From Candidatus Alistipes excrementipullorum (GTDB lineage: Bacteria; Bacteroidota; Bacteroidia; Bacteroidales; Rikenellaceae): a stretch of 34,083 nucleotides of DNA. The stretch spans positions 1-34,083 of the forward strand of contig DXGW01000006.1 in NCBI GenBank assembly GCA_019113665.1, given 5' to 3'. Positions 1 to 6,865 of this stretch are shown in pieces. The position numbers were made by a program, and so were the translations under genes. The notes under the pieces are model-generated. The model saw only the letters and a program-made list of their open reading frames with translations. It did not search any database and was not told the DNA's origin. The stretch's first letter is position 1. Every line of letters begins with the position of its first letter.

Positions 1-35
1 TCTTTTTGGAGGCCGAAGAACAACCAAAACAATAG
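1..35 (+). CDS. 3' end of a further array paralog (truncated by window edge)
   Basis: Frame from position 3 reads FLEAEEQPKQ-TAG(33-35), the same tail as the 42..416 and 894..1307 paralogs, followed by the same CAAGCC-ATG spacer. Confidence 0.8.
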   Translation, partial: FLEAEEQPKQ

Positions 36-41
36 CAAGCC

Positions 42-416
42 ATGAAAAAAGCCATCATCTCCATTGCCGTAATCGTGTTGATTGCAGGAGCCGTCTTTGC
101 CGCAAGGCCGAAAACTGCATATTTCTCGGGATATACCGGATATCTCGTAAAAGAGACTTCGAACTCCAGAAGTTGTATCCGGATACCCGGAGCAGAGATT
201 TCCGTAATCACCTCACAAGGGGATACCCTGCGTACGGTATCGGACGAAATGGCCACTTTCGTATTTCCCAAAATACCGGGAGGACCTGCCACATTTAAAA
301 TCGAAGCCGAAGGCTACAAAACGTCAATTCAGATAATGGAAATAGACGCAGAAAGGGAAAAGCCTTATTTCAAACTTTTTTATCTGGAGAAGGCCGAAGA
401 ACAACCAAAACAATAG
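42..416 (+). CDS. Secreted carboxypeptidase-regulatory-like domain protein, array type A (copy A1)
   Basis: Signal peptide MKKAIISIAVIVLIAGAVFA; core IPGAEISVITSQGDTLRTVSD...IEAEGYKT matches the CarboxypepD_reg-like pattern (GA.V...TD..G.F.F..P.G...I...GY). Confidence 0.8.
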   Translation: MKKAIISIAVIVLIAGAVFAARPKTAYFSGYTGYLVKETSNSRSCIRIPGAEISVITSQGDTLRTVSDEMATFVFPKIPGGPATFKIEAEGYKTSIQIMEIDAEREKPYFKLFYLEKAEEQPKQ

Positions 417-422
417 CAAGCC

Positions 423-821
423 ATGAAGAAAGCCATCATCTCCATTGCCGTAATAGTATTGATTGTCGGTGCCGCCTTTGCAAAAAGGCCAAAGACCGCC
501 GTTTTCGTCGGGGATACCGTTTATGTCTTGAATATAATAGGCACCACAACAAATTGTATACGGATACCCGGAGCAGAGATTTCCGTAATTACTTCCCAAG
601 GGGATACCCTGCGTACCGTATCGGACGAAATGGCATCGTTTGTAATTCCAAAAATGCCCGAAGGTCCCGCCACAATCAAAATCGAGGCCGAAGGCTACAA
701 AACACTTATACAGTTGCTCGACATAAGGGCCAACCGTGCCGGCCGTTATTTCAAGCGGTTCGATATGGAGAAGGCCGAAGCCGCCGCAAACGGAGAGACG
801 GACAAGGCGGAGCAAGAGTAA
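423..821 (+). CDS. Secreted carboxypeptidase-regulatory-like domain protein, type A (copy A2)
   Basis: Near-identical signal peptide and core to A1, with different loop segments and C-terminal tail. Confidence 0.8.
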   Translation: MKKAIISIAVIVLIVGAAFAKRPKTAVFVGDTVYVLNIIGTTTNCIRIPGAEISVITSQGDTLRTVSDEMASFVIPKMPEGPATIKIEAEGYKTLIQLLDIRANRAGRYFKRFDMEKAEAAANGETDKAEQE

Positions 822-832
822 ACGACCATGGC

Positions 833-863
833 CCGGTCCCGCAGCCGCAAATTGCGGGACCGG
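833..863 (+). promoter_or_regulatory. Intergenic GC-rich hairpin upstream of type B gene (copy 1)
   Basis: CCGGTCCCGCAG(833-844)/TTGCGGGACCGG(852-863), 7-nt loop, no U-tract. Confidence 0.6.
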
Positions 864-893
864 AAACCGGTCATAAGAATAAAGAATACGGAT

Positions 894-1307
894 ATGAGAA
901 AGACGTTATTTGCCCTGATTGCGTTGTCGGCGCTGCTTGCGGCCACAAGTCTCCCGGCCAAAGAGCCCCGCAGGCACAAAACACCGAAACCCGGATACGG
1001 TACTGTCACAGGAGACGTTACCCTGCCCGGAGAGTTCGAGGAGATGTCTCCGGGAATTTTCACAAGAGACAAGTTTCCCATAAGAGGAGCTTCGATAACG
1101 GCCATAACTTCGCAGGGCGATACGCTGCGGACCGTATCGGGTCAAATGGGCGAATACGCCTTCGGCCGCGTCCCGGAGGGCAAGCTCGCCATGCGCGTCG
1201 AGGCCAAGGGATACAAGACACAGATAGCAATCAAGGAGGTAATTAAGAACCAGACCACTTGTCAATATTTCGATATGGAAAAGGCCGAAGAACAACCAAA
1301 ACAATAG
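894..1307 (+). CDS. Secreted carboxypeptidase-regulatory-like domain protein, type B (copy B1)
   Basis: Start moved from 828 to ATG 894 to match paralog 1773 (MRKTLFALIALSALLAATSLPAKEP); core GTVTG...PIRGASITAITSQGDTLRT...VEAKGYKT. Confidence 0.8.
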   Translation: MRKTLFALIALSALLAATSLPAKEPRRHKTPKPGYGTVTGDVTLPGEFEEMSPGIFTRDKFPIRGASITAITSQGDTLRTVSGQMGEYAFGRVPEGKLAMRVEAKGYKTQIAIKEVIKNQTTCQYFDMEKAEEQPKQ

Positions 1308-1313
1308 CAAGCC

Positions 1314-1706
1314 ATGAAGAAAGCCATCATTTCCATTGCCATAATAGTGTTGATTGCCGGGGCCGCCTTTGCAGAAAGGCCAAAGACAGCCGTTTTCGTC
1401 GGTTGTACCGGATATCTTATATCAGAGACCCAAAAAATAGCTACTCAAATACACGGAGCAGAGATTTCCGTAATTACTTCCCAAGGGGATACCCTGCGTA
1501 CTGTATCGGACGAAACGGCGTCGTTTGTAATTCCCCAAACGCCCGAAGGTCCTGCAACAGTAAAGGTAGAGGCCGAAGGCTATAAAACACAGATACAGAT
1601 ACTCGATATAAGGGCCAACCGTGCCGGCCGTTATGTCAAAAATTTCTTTTTGGAGAAGGCCGAAGCCGCGGCAAACGGAGAGACGGACAAGCCAAAGCAG
1701 GAATAA
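1314..1706 (+). CDS. Secreted carboxypeptidase-regulatory-like domain protein, type A (copy A3)
   Basis: Paralog of A1 and A2; tail like A2. Confidence 0.8.
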   Translation: MKKAIISIAIIVLIAGAAFAERPKTAVFVGCTGYLISETQKIATQIHGAEISVITSQGDTLRTVSDETASFVIPQTPEGPATVKVEAEGYKTQIQILDIRANRAGRYVKNFFLEKAEAAANGETDKPKQE

Positions 1707-1716
1707 ACGACCAAAG

Positions 1717-1749
1717 TCCGGTCCCGCAGCCGGAAACTGCGGGGCCGGA
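1717..1749 (+). promoter_or_regulatory. Intergenic GC-rich hairpin upstream of type B gene (copy 2)
   Basis: TCCGGTCCCGCAG(1717-1729)/CTGCGGGGCCGGA(1737-1749); homolog of 833-863. Confidence 0.6.
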
Positions 1750-1772
1750 AACCGGTCATAAAGGATACGGAT

Positions 1773-2213
1773 ATGAGAAAGACGTTATTTGCCCTGATTG
1801 CGCTGTCGGCGCTGCTTGCGGCCACAAGTCTCCCGGCCAAAGAGCCCCGCAACCCTAAAACACCAAAACCCGGATACGGTACTGTCACGGGAAGAACCAC
1901 AACGCCACAAGAGTTCAGGCCGGGGGGTTCGCCGTACGAGAGGACATTCACACCGATAAGAGGAGCCTCGATAACGGCCATAACCTCGCAGGGCGACACA
2001 CTGCGGGACATATCCGATCAAATAGGGATATACGCCCTCGGCCGCGTCCCGGAGGGTAAAATTATCATTCGTGTCGAAGCCAAGGGCTACAAGACACAGA
2101 TAGCAATCAAGGAGGTCGTCAAAAACCGTACACTCGGTGCGGATTTCGAGATGGAGAAGGCCGAATCCCCGCAACCGGCAGGCGGAGAGCCGGCAAATGC
2201 AACCGGAAAGTAA
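1773..2213 (+). CDS. Secreted carboxypeptidase-regulatory-like domain protein, type B (copy B2)
   Basis: Paralog of B1 with a unique tail ESPQPAGGEPANATGK. Confidence 0.8.
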   Translation: MRKTLFALIALSALLAATSLPAKEPRNPKTPKPGYGTVTGRTTTPQEFRPGGSPYERTFTPIRGASITAITSQGDTLRDISDQIGIYALGRVPEGKIIIRVEAKGYKTQIAIKEVVKNRTLGADFEMEKAESPQPAGGEPANATGK

Positions 2214-2307
2214 GCACCGGCCAGTTTGCGCCGCATACCGCTGACGGGCAACCGGCAGACCGGGCAAGACCCGAAACAGATACCACGACAATCAACACCC
2301 CGAGAGA

Positions 2308-5202
2308 ATGAAGACCCACACACATGCAATATTGACGGCCGCCCTGCTGCTGACCACGGCCGTCTACGGCGGGACACTGCCCGAACGGCAGCAACAGAGT
2401 CCGCAACGGAATACGTCGCAGAGCACGACGCCGCAACCGTCACCGGCCAGGCCGTCACCGCAGTCCGCACACACGCCGCAGGGCGAATACGGGTCGGTAA
2501 CGGGTCTTGTCGAGTGCCGGAGCGACTCGACGACATACGTATTGGGGCAGGTCAACGTCAAGGGCGTATTCGGCGGGCGCGACACGCTCTACACCTACAC
2601 GCTCAACAACGGAATCTTCACCTTCGAGCGTGCGCTGCCGGGAAAGGCCACCATAACCGTCTCGCACATAGGCTACAAGAGCGTCTCCAAGAGTTTCACG
2701 GTCGAGGCCGGCAAGCGGGCGTCGCTCATCTTCCCGCTGCGCGAGGACCTCACCGGCATCGAGGCGGTGAAGGTCGAGACTCGCGTGCCGTTCTACACCA
2801 CCAAGGGCGATACGGTTGTCTACAATGCCGCCGCCGTAAGCACGCTGGCCGACGACCGCGCCATCGACATACTGAAACAGATGCCCGGAGTGTCGATAAG
2901 CGACAACAAGGTGACTGTCTTCGGCGAAGAGATCGTACGCTCATACGTCAACGACAAGCAGCTCTTCGCCGACGGTGCCGTGAAGGCCCTGAGCACGCTG
3001 ATGGCCGGCGACGTGCTCAACATCGAGGTCTACGACGAGGTGGCCCTCAGCGAACGGCTCAAGGGGCGGACCGACAGCTCAAAGAAGGAGCGCGTGATGA
3101 ACATCAAGACGCGCAAGCCCATGTCGGCCGTAATCGACGCATACCTGGCCGCAAGCATCGGCCGCGACCTCAACGAGACGGCATACGGCGACCCCAAATG
3201 GCGCTATGCCGCAAACGGCTCGTTCGGATTCTACTCCGAGCGGCTCAACAGCGACACCCGCTTCACCGCAAACAACATAAACTTCACGTCGCTGCAGAAC
3301 CTCGACAACATGTCGCCGGACGGCGGCTCGTCACTGCGCAACTTCACGAACATATCCACCAACAACTCCATATTTTTCGGCGAGAGGTGGAAGGAGACGA
3401 GCATCTCGATGAACTACGAGTACAAGAACGACTACCAGCGCGAACTCTCGGGCAACGAAACGGAGTATTTCGCCTCGGAGGATTACCTCTCGCGGTCGAG
3501 TAACGATTCGAGCGAGTCGGTAAACTATCTCTCGTCCCACGAATTCGGTCTCTTCGGCGACGTCAAGACCGGAGCCGCAGGCACCATCCAAGCCAGCATC
3601 TATCTCACACTCGACAACAGCCGCAGCCACCAGTCGTACCTCAGCGAGGAGACAATCTCGACCGCCGAGGGCGACAACCGGATAACCGACGACAACTTCA
3701 CGCGCGACAGCAGGCGCAACTACTCCATACGGCCGCGCCTCACCTATTCGCCGCTGGCACAGCGCAACACGCTCATAAGCCCCTACATCAACGCGTCGTT
3801 CGACTACTCGCACAACGACGGCTCGACACTGCGGCGCGAAGATCTCTCGTCGTCGCCCGACAAGCTGGAACTGCGGTCGTCACCGCTGGGGTACAGCCGC
3901 AACTTCACGGCCGAAGCCGGCGCATCGATGAATGTATCGGGAGCCAAACGCCGCACCTCGGTCAAAGCCTTGTACTCGGTGAACTACCGTTACGACAAGA
4001 CACGGCAGTACACCTACAACTACTTTCCCGATCCCGACAAGCCGCTGATCGACACGGCCAACACCCGCAACTTCACATACGACTACTGGACGCACAGGGC
4101 CTCGCTGATTGTCAACAACTCGTCGCACATGATGAGAGGCCTGTCCATATATGCCGGGCTCGACTTCACCGTGTCCAGTCCCGTGAAGCGCGAGTCGTTC
4201 CCCGAACTGCGCAGTTTCGGCAGCGAGTTCTACGCCATACTGCCGCGCGTACGGATCACGCTGACACCCAAAAAGGACCGTACGCGAACGTACATGCTCG
4301 ATTACAGCACCTCGGCGGCAGCCCCGTCGATCGAGCAGCTGACGCCCCGCATCGACAACAGCAACCAGCTCTCGCTCACGGCCGGAAATCCCGACCTCAA
4401 GCAGTCGTACACGCACAATCTCTCACTCGCGGTCCCGCTGTTCGGGAACAACGAGAAGACGAGGCGGGCGGGCCGCAGCATGGTGTTCATGGCCTCCGCC
4501 GTCCTCACGCAGAACCCCATAGCCAGCCGCAGCCATTTCTTCGCCGAAGCCACGACGCTGCCGCAGTACGACGATTTCGTCGCCCCGCAGTTCAGTACGC
4601 TCTACACCTACGAGAACATCGACATGCTGAACACGAACGTGAGCGCAAGCCTCTCGTTCATGACCAACATACGCAAGATCAACACGCGAATCAGTACCTC
4701 GGCAATATATAACTACTTCCGGTCGGGTTCATATCTGGGCGAACAGCTGAACGTGAACAGCACCAACATGGCGAAAGTGTCGTTGTCGGTGTACACCACC
4801 CTGTTCAAGCAGCTGAAGCTAAGCCTCTCGACGGCGGACTCCTACAACGACTCGCACAACACCCTCAACCGCGACAACCGCTACATGTTGCTGACATGCA
4901 ATGCCGTCATCGCATACCGGCACCCCAAACACTTTTATGCACTCGTCTCCTACAAAGGACAATTCTACCGTTTCATCACCGACACTGGCCGAAACCTCGA
5001 CAACCACGGACTCAACGCCGAGGCGGGCGTGCGGCTGTTCAAGCGCAGGCTCGACCTCAAGGTCGGCGTCTACGACATTCTGAACCGCCAGACCGGCTTC
5101 CAGAGCGTGATGACGCCAGAGTACATGCGCAATTCGTGGAACCCCACATTCGGGCGCTACTGGCTGGTGACGGCCGCCTTCGTCTTCAACGGCTCGAAGT
5201 AA
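2308..5202 (+). CDS. Outer-membrane beta-barrel protein (TonB-dependent receptor-like) with N-terminal carboxypeptidase-regulatory-like domain
   Basis: Signal peptide; Q/P/S/T linker; CarboxypepD_reg-like domain (GIFTFERALPGKATITVSHIGYK); plug-like KGDTVVYNA...LKQMPGV; barrel motifs GNPDLKQSYTH and YDILNRQ; C-terminal amphipathic strand. Confidence 0.85.
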   Translation: MKTHTHAILTAALLLTTAVYGGTLPERQQQSPQRNTSQSTTPQPSPARPSPQSAHTPQGEYGSVTGLVECRSDSTTYVLGQVNVKGVFGGRDTLYTYTLNNGIFTFERALPGKATITVSHIGYKSVSKSFTVEAGKRASLIFPLREDLTGIEAVKVETRVPFYTTKGDTVVYNAAAVSTLADDRAIDILKQMPGVSISDNKVTVFGEEIVRSYVNDKQLFADGAVKALSTLMAGDVLNIEVYDEVALSERLKGRTDSSKKERVMNIKTRKPMSAVIDAYLAASIGRDLNETAYGDPKWRYAANGSFGFYSERLNSDTRFTANNINFTSLQNLDNMSPDGGSSLRNFTNISTNNSIFFGERWKETSISMNYEYKNDYQRELSGNETEYFASEDYLSRSSNDSSESVNYLSSHEFGLFGDVKTGAAGTIQASIYLTLDNSRSHQSYLSEETISTAEGDNRITDDNFTRDSRRNYSIRPRLTYSPLAQRNTLISPYINASFDYSHNDGSTLRREDLSSSPDKLELRSSPLGYSRNFTAEAGASMNVSGAKRRTSVKALYSVNYRYDKTRQYTYNYFPDPDKPLIDTANTRNFTYDYWTHRASLIVNNSSHMMRGLSIYAGLDFTVSSPVKRESFPELRSFGSEFYAILPRVRITLTPKKDRTRTYMLDYSTSAAAPSIEQLTPRIDNSNQLSLTAGNPDLKQSYTHNLSLAVPLFGNNEKTRRAGRSMVFMASAVLTQNPIASRSHFFAEATTLPQYDDFVAPQFSTLYTYENIDMLNTNVSASLSFMTNIRKINTRISTSAIYNYFRSGSYLGEQLNVNSTNMAKVSLSVYTTLFKQLKLSLSTADSYNDSHNTLNRDNRYMLLTCNAVIAYRHPKHFYALVSYKGQFYRFITDTGRNLDNHGLNAEAGVRLFKRRLDLKVGVYDILNRQTGFQSVMTPEYMRNSWNPTFGRYWLVTAAFVFNGSK

Positions 5203-5355
5203 CGGCCTGCCGCCGCAGACAGTCCCGCACGGCACTCCGAGGCGCAGCGGCCGCAGCTCCGCCGGCACGCCGGACAGGCGAACGACGATGACGCACCGCA
5301 GGCCGCAAAAGAGCCCGTACCAGCACCACGGCCGCACCAAAAAGATGCCGAAAAT

Positions 5356-5386
5356 TTTGTTTTCCCGGGAGTTTTGGCTATCTTCG
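5356..5386 (+). promoter_or_regulatory. Bacteroidetes sigma-A-type promoter for rplY
   Basis: TTTG 5356-5359, 19-nt spacer, TATCTTCG 5379-5386 (consensus TAnnTTTG, one mismatch). Confidence 0.55.
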
Positions 5387-5398
5387 CGGCGAAAATCA

Positions 5399-5442
5399 GG
5401 CATTTATGGGGGCCGCCCTGCGGGGGCGGACTGAGTGATGCC
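5399..5442 (+). ncRNA. Candidate structured rplY 5' leader
   Basis: Outer stem GGCAU/AUGCC and inner stem CCGCCC/GGGCGG, with a purine-rich internal loop between them. Confidence 0.4.
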
Positions 5443-5471
5443 GCAGGTAACACATTAAATTACAACAAACT

Positions 5472-6038
5472 ATGAAAACCATTCAAATCAAAACCGTTAA
5501 GCGCGACGACTTCGGCAAGAAGGCCGCAAAATCGGTTCGCCGTGAAGGCATGATCCCCTGCGTACTCTACGGAGGCGAGGCTGCCGAGTCGTTCTCGGTA
5601 AACGTAAAGGACGTTAAGGCCCTTATCTACACTCCCAACTCGTACATCGTCGAGATCGACATCGACGGCAAGGTAGAGAAGGCCGTAATGCGTGACGTTC
5701 AGTTCCACCCCGTACGCGAGGAGATTCTCCACATCGACTTCTACCGTGTACAGGAGGGCAAGCCCGTTGCCATCACGATTCCCGTACGTCTGACCGGTAA
5801 CGCCGAAGGCGTAAAGGTCGGCGGTAAGCTCGTTCTGTCGGCCCGCAAGCTCACAGTCAGCGGCATGCTCGACAAGCTGCCCGACGAACTGCTGGTTGAC
5901 GTTACGCCCCTGCAGGTAGGCCACACGATCTTCGTGGGCGACCTCAAGTTCGAAGGACTCAAGTTCATCACCCCTGCAACGACTGCCGTTTGCGCCGTAC
6001 GCGTAACCCGTGCTTCGCGCGGTGCCGCTCAGGAATAA
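5472..6038 (+). CDS. rplY: 50S ribosomal protein L25/Ctc
   Basis: RREGMIPCVLYGG, DVQFHPVREEILHIDFY, C-terminal Ctc/TL5 domain; adjacent to pth. Confidence 0.97.
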   Translation: MKTIQIKTVKRDDFGKKAAKSVRREGMIPCVLYGGEAAESFSVNVKDVKALIYTPNSYIVEIDIDGKVEKAVMRDVQFHPVREEILHIDFYRVQEGKPVAITIPVRLTGNAEGVKVGGKLVLSARKLTVSGMLDKLPDELLVDVTPLQVGHTIFVGDLKFEGLKFITPATTAVCAVRVTRASRGAAQE

Positions 6039-6049
6039 ACGGTTAATCC

Positions 6050-6613
6050 ATGAAATACCTGATTGTTGGGCTGGGAAACATCGGAGCCGAATACGCCGAA
6101 ACCCGCCACAACATAGGATTCAAAGTGTTGGACGCCTTGGCCGAGGCGTCCAACCTTACATTTACGGCAGGACGTTACGGCTCCACCGCAACGCTGAAAT
6201 ACAAGGGACGTACGCTCATACTGCTCAAGCCGTCGACCTACATGAACCTCTCGGGCAAGGCCGTCAGATACTGGCTCGATGCCGAAAAGATCGACCGCGG
6301 GAACCTGCTGATCATAGTCGACGACATAGCTCTCCCGTTCGGGACCTTCAGAATGAGGCCCAAAGGCAGCGCCGGAGGACACAACGGACTGAAGAACATA
6401 AACGAAATGCTCGGAACCGAGGAGTATGCCCGTATCCGTTTCGGCATAGGCGGCAACTTCGCCCGCGGACAGCAGGTCGACTATGTCCTCGGCCATTGGA
6501 CCGATGAAGAGCAGAAAGCCCTGCCCGAACGACTCAAGACCTTCGGCGACGCCATTCTGTCGTTCGCGACAGTCGGGGCCGAAAGGACGCAGAACCTCTA
6601 CAACAACAAATAA
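6050..6613 (+). CDS. pth: Peptidyl-tRNA hydrolase
   Basis: [39 protein letters not shown]. Confidence 0.98.
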   Translation: MKYLIVGLGNIGAEYAETRHNIGFKVLDALAEASNLTFTAGRYGSTATLKYKGRTLILLKPSTYMNLSGKAVRYWLDAEKIDRGNLLIIVDDIALPFGTFRMRPKGSAGGHNGLKNINEMLGTEEYARIRFGIGGNFARGQQVDYVLGHWTDEEQKALPERLKTFGDAILSFATVGAERTQNLYNNK

Positions 6614-6711
6614 TACAGGCCAAACATGAACAAACTGCGACCTCCCGTCAATGGTGAGGCCGCAGTTTCCGTTTTCGGGCAGGCAGGCTGCATGTCCCGC
6701 AAAACACAAGT

Positions 6712-6765
6712 ATTGCGGCGCGGGGGATTGCGGCCGGGGATTGCGGCCGGGGATTGCGGCGCGGG
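6712..6765. repeat. Short G-rich tandem repeat (ATTGCGGC-[C/GC]-G3-5) x4
   Basis: ATTGCGGC starts at 6712, 6727, 6740 and 6753. Confidence 0.8.
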
Positions 6766-6852
6766 ACAACTTCCACAGTCCAAGGCATAAACATCGCCTA
6801 CAGACGCAAAAAAATAGGCGCCCGGGAAGAAGATTCCGACGCCCGAAAGCGC

Positions 6853-6860
6853 TATCTTTG
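6853..6860 (+). promoter_or_regulatory. -7 promoter element for comEC
   Basis: TATCTTTG is a perfect TAnnTTTG match, ending 5 nt before ATG 6866. Confidence 0.6.
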
Positions 6861-6865
6861 CAGTA

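Larger units (their letters stand above)
7..2166 (+). repeat. Tandem gene-sized repeat array delimited by TGGAGAAGGCCGAAG motif
   Basis: Motif or variant at 7 (3-nt shorter), 385, 766, 1276, 1651 and 2152; spacings 378, 381, 510, 375, 501 nt. Confidence 0.8.

Noticed and set aside
828-893. N-terminal extension of ORF 828..1307
   Set aside because: It spans the intergenic hairpin. The second copy lacks this ATG, and the signal peptide begins at 894.
1-2213. CRISPR array or diversity-generating retroelement explanation for the repeats
   Set aside because: Units are 375-510 nt coding genes. Differences include indels and all four bases rather than adenine-only changes, and there is no cas or reverse transcriptase gene in the window.
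5203-5340. Terminator or ncRNA after the barrel gene
   Set aside because: GC-rich, but I could not find a convincing stem with a U-tract or a recognisable RNA family.
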